From Takakia lepidozioides (lineage: Eukaryota; Plantae; Bryophyta): a stretch of DNA of 64,000 nt. Numbering within the stretch: position 1 is the stretch's first letter; each line of letters begins with the position of its first letter. This document shows positions 1 to 14,589 of this stretch, piece after piece. The stretch spans positions 67,890,001 through 67,954,000 of the forward strand of contig CM060731.1 of assembly GCA_030704615.1 (NCBI GenBank), in the 5' to 3' direction. Position numbers and translations under genes: made by a program. Below the pieces are notes generated by a model. The model had not been told where the DNA came from and searched no databases. It saw nothing but the letters and a program-made list of their open reading frames with translations.

Positions 1-737
1 TTTTTCTTATAATTCGGAAAATAGCACGAGTGGCTACAGAATTTTGCAAAAAATTAGGCATATATTCTGTTCATCCATTCAAATTAGGACAGAATCATCC
101 ACATCCATACTTTCATCCATTTATATCATCCATATTTGGCGAATTCATCCATAAGTTTTATTTTGTTTTGAGAAATTTGGCGATCTCATCCATGAAAAAA
201 CATGGAATTTGCTACAGAATATTCTTTTCTATTTTTTGAGGTCGGCATTTGGCGAAAATTCGCAAAAAATAAAAACGCTCCTCACTGGTGGGTTTTTTTT
301 TCCACCTTTTGTGACATTTTCTTTAACTAATTTGATTAAAAGGGCCACTGTTCCCCTTTCTTTAATTTTTTTTAAAAAAACAAAGAAAAAAAAAGAACTT
401 GGGTGAACTTGGGTAAACTTGGGTAATGTGGGTAAATGGGAAAGTTAAAACACCTCTCTTTTGTCATCTTCTTCTTCTTGTCATCTCTCAGAGGGATCCG
501 CAGTCTGATGCTTACTGTGAAGAGTATTTGTTTGTATCGTATCGCTTTAGACTTTATACAATGGAACCTTGAAGGCTTCGAGCCTCTACAGAAACAGAGG
601 ACTGACAACTCTACAAGAAATTTATCTTCATGGCTCTGGCCTTTAATTTAGATCCACAACCCTGCAATGCGATCCTCTGGCATGTGCATGATTGAGAGCT
701 CTCTTTAGTGGGTTTGGATCGCAAGAGTTCGGGGCGG

Positions 738-1877
738 ATGGCTTACTCAGAAACGTATCGCAAAAGTGCGGGGTCGATGGGTTATTCAGCAGCGGGTCAA
801 AGATCCAGGTACGTGGTTGGGTTTGGATTAGGTTGGATTAGGTTGTATAGATTACAGGGGGAGTTTGTGTATGTTTACGTTGGATTACGTTTGTGCGATG
901 TCTAGCAGATTTATGAGATTGTGAATCTGTGAGCACACGCTGATACCTGGGGAAATCGTGGTGGGCTTTTGACACAGATCAGCTCAGCCAAACGAACAAT
1001 TGCAGCTGAGAGTGGATCCCATTCATGGAGACCTTGACACAGAGATTGATAGCCTGCATAGCAAAGTAGCCCAGCTCACGCGGGTACGTTGTGTTGTCAG
1101 AAAAAAAGCTACGCTGTTAGGCCATTGACGTGGACAAACAGGAGGCATGAAATCGGCTTAGAAATGCAGAAGCCATAGTTAGGTCGAACTCATTACCTGA
1201 TTTTAGAGGCTGGTTGGGTTCTCTAAGAAAGGGAAATACTCTGGTTGTGATTCTTGAAATTTGGTCTTACAATCGGAGGACAAAGGTTCCTGGATGCTAA
1301 CATTTGAAGATGGGAGGGTGGGTGGTGTGCCAGGTTGCCCAGCACATTGAGTCAGAGACCAAGTACCAAAATGATCTCATTAATCAGCTGGTATGCCCAT
1401 TCTTTACCATTGTTCATTTTCCATAAGATTGCAGGAAGGGCACATCATTGTTTCAGCCCACCCGCCATCATCATTTAAGTGATTATAGATGTTCACACAT
1501 CATGCTGTAATTACTACAGCTTTGAAATGGATGCTCACGTCGTTTTTTGTTTTACGGTAGTTTGTGCCCACTACTGTCCAGAGCAGGGGATTTGTCCAGC
1601 CTTGAGGCAGAGTGGCAATTTTCTTCTTATCACTTGTTAGTCATCTCCCAAGGGACTGTTAATACTTGCAATTGAATTGAGCTCTGTGGTTTGTGGTGGT
1701 GGCATGCAGGAGGCAACCATGGCCAAGGCACAAGCTGGTCTCAAGAGCACCTTGCGAAGGTTCAACCGGGGTTCGGCTCAGCAAGGCATCAGCCCTCTTG
1801 ACTTAGTTGTCCTCTTCGCATTGTTTTACTTTTTCTGTGTCTTCATCTGGTCCAAATTTAACAGAGGCTTCCATTGA
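738..1877 (+). CDS. SFT1/Bet1-like Qc-SNARE (Golgi), 4 coding exons: 738-808, 978-1083, 1334-1390, 1710-1877
   Basis: GT-AG introns join in frame to MAYSETY...QRSRSAQPNEQLQLRVDPIHGDLDTEIDSLHSKVAQLTR-VAQHIESETKYQNDLINQL-EATMAKAQAGLKSTLRRFNRG...LVVLFALFYFFCVFIWSKF*. This is a SNARE heptad plus C-terminal TM anchor and matches recalled plant SFT1-like motifs (QLRIDP, AQAG, VVLFAL). Confidence 0.9.
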
Positions 1878-3194
1878 ATCTACAAGCTGTTGTACAATAG
1901 CATTGTGCACCCCATGTGTTTCAGCCAGTTTTATCTGATGTTAATCTCTCATCCCTCCATTGTAGGGTTTTTTATTGGTTTTTTTTGTCATCCCATTTTT
2001 ATATTTTTCCTTGGTCCTCTGAAGATTCAGTGTCTGCCACATGGTAGTTATCTCCACCTTGACTGTATAAAGTTTATCATCAGGGATTCTGCTTTTTATG
2101 GGGTACTTGGAAAAATATTGCGTGTAACTTGCTGTAGAAAATGAGGGCTTAAGGGAATCTGTGGAAGGGAAATGGATCGCAGAGGATGAACTCATTAGTC
2201 CAGTTAAAGCTGGATTACCCAGCACAAAAGCTGAATTAGTCCAAATATGAAAGCCGTACATTTATGTGAAACTGATAACCAAAAGTACGGAAGGTGAAGA
2301 AGGCAAGTGTCCTGGATTATAGACATACCTCTGTGAAAACAACAGAACTCAACACTGTGTAATTGTAGATCATTCCTTTCCAGTACAAAGGAGCAATACA
2401 AAGAAATGGAAAAACAGTGGGAGAGGGTGATGTAGTGTAAATGAACACCTCTTGCTCCCACAAGCCTCCTTTAAAAGACAGCTCTACATGTTGCTGGAAA
2501 AATACCAGACCAATACCATGGGTAAATGGCAGTTGAATCTCAAAATAACTCAGAAAAAGATGATCACCGTTGGTGCATAGTTTCATAGAATCGGAGCAAC
2601 CAGGCCTTCTGTAGCAAGCTGCATCTTAAAAGCACCCAACTAGATCAAGGGCAAGAATCTGATAATATGATTACAGAACTCCTCTAGAAGGTAGCCTAGT
2701 AGTCTCACAGATTAGCAACGTGAACCTGGAAAACTCGTGTGCCAACTAGACCTCAGAGAAAGACTTGCACCATTGTAGATTTAGATGCAAGTAACAATTT
2801 TATGATATGACTCGACCCATTTAGAAGGTGGTAACTTCCTGTCACAGTCTACAGTGGATCCAGACAGCAAAGAACTCACTAAATCCATCCTCACCAGAGA
2901 GTACCCTCCTACCACCCTTTGACCATACCCTACATTGATTTTCGAAGCCTCTGACACTCCTCACGCTTTTAAGGCTCTCTTTCCACCAAAAAAGTAGGTT
3001 AACTGAAAGTGGCCAGCTTACCATCACACCACCATACAGACACTTAGCCCTGGAGGTAAGACACTTGCAACTTTGCTACAGCCAACCATCCGCATGCATC
3101 GCAAATTCCAGGGGGTATCTCTTCCAGCGCATGCTCACCAATGCTAGAGGTCCAATGCAAGCCTAACTTCCTTCAAGGCCCCTAAAATTGGATT

Positions 3195-6193
<2,999 letters not shown>

Positions 6194-7205
6194 TTACACT
6201 TGATCTTCTATCTAAACATACCCATACTTAGACCACTGTTTTCGCCCAACACTCGCATACTCTCTATCAGACTCCCTTCAGCACTTCCCCCTCTCCATGT
6301 TTCCCCCTACTTGCTAGGCCTGTTGTATGCCACTAAAAGATTCGCCTACAAGAAATCTAAAGAACTGCAAATATGATACAGACTGCGCTTCGCATTTACA
6401 ACTCAATGACCCCTATGTAGAAAATGACAAACCCCATCTTCTTCCAGACAACGATTCTAGTAGAAGCGGGACAGACGCACCGCAACCCCTGATTATTAAC
6501 AAGTGCTAAGCACTGCCTCACTCCCGCCACTCAAGACACAAAACCTACCCCATACCTCATCGTAATTTCTAGATTCTACAATCTTGCTACCTAGCCTCCT
6601 ACATAGCGACTCCCCAGCTCGGTCACCATAGTTTTCCTTACGCATGGACAATCTATGCGCAACCAACCAGACATAGCGACCACGCCTGCAGACAGGTCGG
6701 TTGCAGGGATCACAACCCAGCTCATAAAATCCTACAACAAACTTCAAGTCAGAAGCTTGGAGCAAGATGTCCAAGCGATCAAGCGCTTGCAGTCCACAGC
6801 TCACTCTTCCCACATCACTGCTTTCCTTTGGATTTCGAAGTGTGTGCGAAAGAGGACCCGAACTGGCCAACAAAGCATCGGAAAATGTCTAACGATTTCT
6901 GCTCGAATGACAGAAAGCAAGTCAAATCCCCTCCCCACCCCCTGCGTCGTCCGGTCCCCGTCCCTGCCCCGTTATGTAACGCCATCCTGCCTACAAATTA
7001 ATCTGTCACCTTTCCATGTCACCCTTTGCCCAATTGCAGCTCTTTTCATTTCTGTGTTATAATCAGTGTTGGTCTGGTATGTACAAAAAGCCCGGTTATG
7101 CACCCGCGTATGGAAGCCCCTACAGACAGTTCCATATAGGTCCGAATTTGTAGAGTAACCCACTTGTAGGGTATGATTAGGGTTTTGGGGAGGGCGATTG
7201 GTCTC

Positions 7206-7354
7206 GGCTCACCAATTGTTGATGTTGTTACCTGTTTTGTCGAACTGGGTTGCTGGTATCGCCGCTTAGAATAGAGATGGCTCACCAATTGTTGATGTTG
7301 TTACCTGTTTTGTCGAACTGGGTTGCTGGTATCGCCGCTTAGAATAGAGATGGC
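7206..7354. repeat. Perfect tandem duplication, 73-bp unit x2, upstream of ZTL/FKF1
   Basis: GGCTCACCAATTGTTGATG...TAGAATAGAGAT starts at 7206 and again at 7279. Confidence 0.95.
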
Positions 7355-8080
7355 GGCAGATTTTGGACCATGTCAATGGAAGCCACATTCAACACAATTA
7401 CTTTTCTCCCTACTTCTATTTTATGTGAATTTGTGTGCTACAATAAGTGTGTGTGCGTCCTTCTGAAATGTAATTTTTTTTAATACTTTACCCGAAGTTG
7501 ATATCGGCAAGTATCAAAGTTTTCATACCATTGTTGATACTAGGTCAGCAAATGTGAAATGCTGGCATTATTGATACCCGACAAGTACCAAAATCTGGGT
7601 TTTCTTTAAAATATTGCATACCCTTGTTTGGGACATATCTAAATTTTTATACTACCAAGACCCTCGTGGTATCTCCAAAACACCATACCAGACCAACACT
7701 GATTATAATCCCAATACGTGTCAATTTTTCTTGTAAAATCAGGCCTAACACACTAGACATAGGATGGGAGTTTATAATGCGTGGGAGTCTAGGTGTACGG
7801 TGATAGAGAAGACGTGCCTGGCTGGGCGGTTGTCAAATCCTCACCGACAGAGGGCCTATCTATAGATTGGTTTGTGGCAAGAAAGCAGGGGGTATCATGG
7901 TGGGCTGGGCATTGAATGACATGGTGTGGTTTGAGATGGAGCACACATTGGATCCTTAAATTAATTAAAGGTATCAAAAAAAGAAATGTAGATGCATTGT
8001 TGAATCAAATGAAAGTTGTGGAAGGTGGACACTTTTATGACATCCAACCTTAGCATCATGTCTAGGGGTAGTCTCCCCAA

Positions 8081-9611
8081 AGTAAGCCTCCACGGCCTCA
8101 TGAGTGGTTATTTTTTCCACGAATTTTCGACAGCCACGTCTTTGGCTCCCTGGTCCCCCACCCGCTCACCTCCCCATGCTCTATGCCTTGGTCTTGCTCG
8201 CCAAAACTCGCTTGCCACTTCCCTAAACACTTGTGGGCCCCCTTTCCCTTTCCCGGCCCTACTTCCCCATCCCTACCCATGCCCTAAAGTACCTACCTTC
8301 ATGATTACTTGACGTTATTCAAAAGTACCTCATCGCTCCTAGCGTGGAAGGGGAGCTTTAAAGTTAGTGTTTCATGGAAGAGGAGTCCTAGTATTAGTTT
8401 AACATGCATGTAACAAGAGCTTTAGGAGGACAAAAGAAGCATAAGGTAGGTCCTATCAATTTTAAAATAGTTCAATTCAAATCGTGTTAATATATCCCAA
8501 AAAAATTGTGCTTCTCATATTTCAAAACAAATATTAAAAACAGAAACATCATAGAGCGGCCGCTCACAAATCAGGCCCAACAATTATAGTGAGAGGAGAA
8601 AATAACCTCTTTCATAGTAACAAAGCTCATTTTCAGATTAAATATAACCCAAATAAATATTTTTACCTTACGTAAGGTTGTTTTTATCATTGAGTCTAGT
8701 TTGATGGGTACCGCCGAAAGGCTATTCTGAGTTTTTAAAATTCCTCAATGCTATTATACCCTCGCGAAGGTTGTTCTTGTCAATTTTAAAATTGCTCAAT
8801 CCAAACATATTGGTGTACGGTACCTCCGGAAGATTGTTTCTATCATTTTTTAAATTGCAGAAAAATCCCAATAAATATGTTTAATATACTATGGAAGGTT
8901 GTTTCTACCATTAGGTCATGCTTGATGGATACCTGCCGGAAGGTTGTTCATGTCAATTTAAAGATTGCTCAATCCAAACAGATTGTTGTACCCTCCGGAA
9001 GATTGTTTCTGTCATTTTTTAAATTATAAAAATTCCAAACAAATATGTTTAATATCTTACGGAAAGTTGTTTCTACCATTAGGTGATCATGCGCGATGGA
9101 TACCCGCCAGAAAGTTGTTCATGTCAATTTTAAAATTGCTCAATCCAAACAGATTGTTGTACCCTCCGGATCAAGATTGTTTCTGTCATTTTTAAATTAC
9201 AGAAAATCCAAACAAATATTTAATATCTTACGGAAGGTTGTTTCTACCATTAGGTCATCCGCGATGGATACCTGCCGGAAGGTTGTTCATGTCAATTTTA
9301 AAATTGCTCAATCTAAATATGTTAGAGTACCCTCCGAAAGGTTGTTCCTGTCATTTTACAAATGATAATGGGGGTAGGGCTAGAGAGGTCCCGGCAAGGA
9401 AAGAAAAGGTGGGCCCACAAGTGTTTAGGGCATAGACGTACCGGCGAGCTAGGAGAAGACATGGAGTAGGGCGGGCCCCACACGTCTGGCCAAGCGTGGA
9501 GCCTTCAGAGGTGAGTGGGTGGGGAACAAGGGAGCCACCGTCAATACCACGTGGCTACCGAAAATTCGCGGGCAAACCACAACCACTAGTGAAGCGGTGT
9601 ATGCCCTTACT
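8081..9611. repeat. Diverged inverted repeat (about 8081-8278 vs about 9372-9611) enclosing a tandem array
   Basis: CCCTAAACACTTGTGGGCCC (8221-8240) is the exact reverse complement of 9411-9430. Collinear shorter matches flank it (GAGGTGAG.GGGTGGGG, CGAAAATTCG, AACCACT, CTTACT). Confidence 0.75.
8672..9358. repeat. Tandem repeat array, about 170-bp units with internal GGAAGRTTGTT subrepeats
   Basis: Units start at 8893, 9061 and 9232 (GGAARGTTGTTTCTACCATTAGGT); a more diverged unit starts near 8672. Confidence 0.9.
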
Positions 9612-9629
9612 ATTGGGCTAAATGTTGTT

Positions 9630-10224
9630 TGTCAAAAGCAGTGTAGCGGTGTAGCGGTGAAGCAGTGTATGATGAAGTGTATGATGTAGTGATGTACTCG
9701 TGAAGCGGTGTATGATGCTTTTACTAATGGGCTAAATGCCGGTTGTCTAAAAGGGTGTGAAGCCTTAAAACAAGCCTGAAGCATATACTCCTTTCCTCTC
9801 AAGAAGCAAGGTTGCACAACAAAGGGGCGAGCGGAAAGAGCAAGCAACTTGCGAGAGGAGGATCAAACACACGGATCTGACACAAAGCAGCTCTCATCCA
9901 AAGCTTGTACACCAAAATCACATATACACTAACACCCGAGTACACCCCCCTAACCTTGTGTCAGGGCGCCGTCTTTATACAAAAGCCCTAGCTTTAGTGG
10001 CCCGCCGTGTGGCGATGCATCACAAGCCAAAGCCCACGGCGCCGCCTTGTAGCCCTGGATCTAATGAAGGGCCAGGATCGAGCCACCAGCCAAAACTAAC
10101 CCTAACCTAGATATCATTGTAACGGTTTAACGGCTTTATACGCCAAAAAAATATACTATGGATGTGTATCGTCATTTTGGATGAAACGGGCCATTTCTAG
10201 GTTCAGCAAATATGGGGCTTTACA
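9630..10224 (-). repeat. 3' LTR of Ty3/Gypsy element A (left boundary uncertain)
   Basis: Starts TGTAAAGC on the minus strand at 10224; a candidate end ...GCTTTTGACA lies at 9630. A purine tract TGGGGGGTAGG (10244-10234) lies just upstream. 9860-10224 recurs inverted at 42943-43305, starting at the same TG. Confidence 0.75.
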
Positions 10225-10659
10225 TCTGTGAAGCCTACCCCCCACGAAAAATCCTGAGCTCCGCGAAGGAAAACAAATAATAGGAAAATATCACCCTCCA
10301 CTGCTGGGTGAAAAACCTACCAAGGGAAAACCTGGCACCTGCAAGTTGGGCCGAGGACAAAACCCTTGGCTAGGAAAACCGTGCAGGGAGTACAAATGAT
10401 GATATGCCATGAAGCTAAAAATGTTCTAAGTCATAGGGAGGTCAAGTCATAGGACCCCACTTGAGAGTCATCATCCGCAAACTAAGACTAAGCCGCTGAG
10501 AAGAGAAGTGGATCAAGCTGAAATAGATCGGCTAAGAAGATCAAGACATCACCCCACCGTGCGCCCCTCCACATTGATACATGTAAGATCAAAAACTAGC
10601 TCGGAATGCACCAAGTTTGTCAAGGAAACATGTTCATCCTGCACTTCAGTATTGGAGCC

Positions 10660-13600
10660 TTATGGAAGAAGGAAAGCACGTCGCCCTGCACGTAAAATCT
10701 GATAGATCAAGTATGGACCGTCGATCTTGAGCTTAGATTTGCATGTATGCTTGCCATGTTGTAATCGAACGCACACGGTCTGTCCCACCTGAAACATGTT
10801 AGAATACTTGACACGTTTGTTAAAATTACGGGCCTGGGTTAGTTGAGCCTTACCAATGTTCATCTTGGCATCATGGATAGACACCGCATGCTGAGCATGA
10901 AGATCCTCAACAAAGGTCTCAAGATCAACCAGATCAGCAACAGTAGAGATAAGAGGGGTAGAATGCAAAGGAGAAACACACTTGCGACCATACAGCAACT
11001 CAAAAAGAGTCTTCTTGGTGCTAGCATGCACGGCGGTGCGATAAACAAAGAGAATAGGGGGAAGAAAGGTATCCCACTCCCTGGTAAGTACGCCATTCTT
11101 CTCCTACATTCGGCAAAGAGTTTGGTTGAAGCGTTCCGTGAGGCCATTGGTCTGGGGATGGTATGGGGCGGTGGTGGAATGCTTAACCGAAGTTGAAGCA
11201 AATCACCGTGAGGAGCTGGTTACAAAACTCCTTGCCCTGATCCGTTAGTATCTCCCGAGGACACCCATGCCGCATAAGGATCTCATTGAAGAAGAACTGA
11301 GCTACAACATCACTAGTCTTGGAACGCAAATGCTGGACTTCTACCCACTTAGTCAAGTAGTCGATAGCAACACAAAGGTAGTTTCGACCCTTTTCCAAGT
11401 CAATGCCAACACGAGCAAAAGCATGGGTGACAAGCAAAAGTTGCAGCTCATACAAGATCCGGGCCCTAGGGAGAGCAATGTTAGCACGACAACCTTCACA
11501 CTTAGAGATGAACTCGGTGATGTCTCAGTGAATTCCCAGCCAATAGTATACCTCTTGGATGTGGGCCACAATTTTCTTGATACCAAAGTGACCTGCATAC
11601 AAGGAACAATGAAAACGTTCTAATAAAGCATTTAGCTGGCTCCGTGGTGGCACCTCCAAGTAGCATGGCACTCCCCCTCTAGTGAGCTCCTTGAAAAGCT
11701 TATCACCCATAAAACGGTGAGGAGACACATGATAGAGAATTTGTTTACGCAAGGACTCGGAAAGGCCCGCTGGCGAACGCCCTGATTGGCATCGCTGGAG
11801 TAGCGCAGCATGTAGCTGATCATCCATGACTGCACTGCACATAAGAGGTAGATAATGGGTTTTAGAGAAGGTGGTCTGGAGTGCCTGCACCTATGATCTC
11901 CAACCAGGGATACCTTCACCTCATTTGTTACTACTCATGAACAGCCAAATCAGGCCTTGAGGCTCAAGCCAATAGTCACATCGGAGTGCAACAGCTGAAT
12001 CACAACAAACTCGGGGGCCTAGGAAAGAGAAGAGTTGAAACACAACAAGGAACTTCCACCAAACTATCTGAATTCTCACTAAGTGATAGACCCACCACAC
12101 ATACTAATACACGAATAAATCAACCAGGCTCATCTAGTAGGCTATACCAGCCCCAAGCAGCCAATATGCCATGTGAATCCAAGGCCAAGGGGTACTGATC
12201 AGCACAAAGAAGGTTGAGAAGAGGGGCAGGATTAGGAGGAGGGGTTGCATCAGCAGCAACAAGGTCATCCAAGGTGAGCATAGGCCTGCTGACAAGGGGA
12301 TCCACCCGTGTGAGTGCATCAGCATTTGTGTTCTCCTTGCCCTTCTTGTAGACTATATCCATGTCAAATTCCTGCAAGTACAGAGCCCATCTAGCAAGTC
12401 TGTCATGAAGTTCCCTTGGCTTAACAAGGGCCTTAAGTGGAAGATGATCAGTTTCCACCACAAACCGGTTGTAATGCAAATATTGCCTGTAATATGCTTC
12501 ACACCAAACACTAAGGCCAGACCCTCCTTGTCAGATATGGAATAGTTCATTTTGTGACGATCAAGACGGCGAGATGCATAAACTATTACATGTTCCTTGC
12601 CTTCTATTATTTGACATATGATTGCAGAGATGGCAACATCTGATGCATCAGTCTGAAGCAAGAAATGCAATTCAAAGTTGGGAAACATCAGGATGGGAGC
12701 CAAACACAAAGCCTTGCGAAGGGTGTCAAAGACAGCTTGCTGGGAGAAGGTCCATTCAAACCTGGCATCTTTGCACAACACCTTGGTTAGAGGGTGGGCA
12801 AGCTTGGCAAAGTTCCTAATGAAGCGTCTATAACAAGAAGCCAGACCCAGGAAGGATTTGATACAACGTTTATCCTTGGGAATATGAAAGCCCCAAATAG
12901 ACTCAAGCTTGTCAGGATCAGAAAGCAAACCATCCTTGGAGAGGATATGACCAAGAAAATGTAGCTCGGGCATGAATAGTTCACACTTCTTTGGCTTAAC
13001 TTTGAGGCGTGCAGTACGCAATTTGTTGAACACGCGCTGCAGATCAGTCAAGTGGGTATCAAAACTGGTTGAATACACATTGATATCATCAACATAAATT
13101 AAGGCACATTCCCAGCAAAGATTTCCCAAGACAATGTCCATGAGGCGTTGGAAGGTGGAGGTGGCATTGCATAAACCAAAGGACATGGTTTCATATTGGT
13201 ATTTGCCCATGCGACACACAAACGAGGTCTTTTCCTTGGCTGCTTCAGTGAGAGGAACTTGCCAAAAACCAGATACAAGATCAAGAGAGGAGAAAATTGT
13301 AGCACCATGCAATTGATCCAAGGTCTCATTGATCCGAGGCAGAGGGTAGACATCTTTTTTAGTGATGTCACAGTTTCCTGAAGTCAACACAAAAGCTGGT
13401 GGTGCCATCTTTCTTTCCAACCAGGACAATAGAACTAGCCCAAGGAGAAACTGATGGCTTAATCACACCAGCATCAAGCATTTTCTGGACTTCTTCTTGG
13501 ACTATAGCACGTTCCTTGACACTCTCTCGGTAAGCAAATTGTTTGATAGGAGGTCCTTCTGTAATAGTGTTATGTTGAAGGATGGGAGTGCGTCCTAAAT

Positions 13601-14040
13601 CAGTGGACCCCAAGCTGAAGACATCTAGATTTTTTGCAATACAACTCTCTTTCTTTGCCTTGAGGAGAGGGTGGTACCCAACTTGATTTCAGACAACACT
13701 TTGGCGAGGGCTTTCTTACCTTCAGGACTGAGATCAGGAATAGGTGGTGGTGCAATTGCAGCAAAGGCAATAACAACATCCAAGGGGCTATGTTGTATGC
13801 CTATGGCCTCTAGTCCAAAGCCAGCTTGCATCTCTTGTATTTCAACAATGGGTATGGCAGTGATGCGAGCCAGGACCTGCCCTTTCTTAATTGTCACAGG
13901 GAAGCGCTTAGGGTTAGCAATTAAAATCTTGACTTCTTACCTATATCCCCTATCTAGAACACCTGTGGCGACTAGGCAATGTTTGAGGGCAGTCAGTCTC
14001 CTCTAGCCTTCAACTTCCAAGAAGTGAGCAGTTGGACAGA
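10660..14040 (-). pseudogene. Degenerate Ty3/Gypsy pol: dUTPase-like, RT, RNase H, spacer, integrase; truncated at 14040 by the CACTA insertion
   Basis: RT motifs SPWASSIVLV.KKDG...CVDFRKL, YPLPRI, LIYVDDI; RNase H LQTDASD...ETDHLPL...NADALTR; integrase HHCC (H...GHFG...C..C), DYLTKW, TDQGKEF, YHPQTNGLTERFN. RT-RH-INT order indicates Gypsy. Multiple stops and frameshifts. Confidence 0.95.
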
Positions 14041-14589
14041 CACTAGAAGAAAAACGTGGAATAACCACTCTATTAACCACTCATTATGAGTGGTAAAAGA
14101 CGCTAAACCACTCTGGCCCCAGAGTGCTGAAGAACCAGTGGATTATGACAAGTGAGTGGTAAAAGACATTACGTGGCACTAGTGGTTAAGGACAGTGGTT
14201 CGAACCACTCACATCCGGGTCCACCTGTTAGCTGACGTGTCACAGTGGTAAATTAACCACTGTGACATGTCAATGACGTGTCACAAAGGTAAACTAACCA
14301 CTTATGACGTGTCACAGTGGTAAACTGACGTGTCATAGTGATAAAGTAATCACTTCTGTTTTGCAGTGGACACGTGTAAGCCGGTGGTCCGTGGATGGTA
14401 TTGGAGATTATGTCGACACGTGGCGACACTCTCAGCATGGACATGTGTCGTGTGTCAGTGCTACAAAATGGATGGAGTGAAAAATTCAATGACTTCCGAA
14501 ACCACTGGTTGAGTGATCACGAAATGACTCATATAGTCATTCTATGAAAACTGAGAATATACAATATCATTCACAGCGTGGTTATGTGA

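Noticed and set aside
10093-10110. Interstitial telomeric repeat (AAAACTAACCCTAACCTAG)
   Set aside because: Only 2-3 degenerate units, and part of the LTR in both copies.
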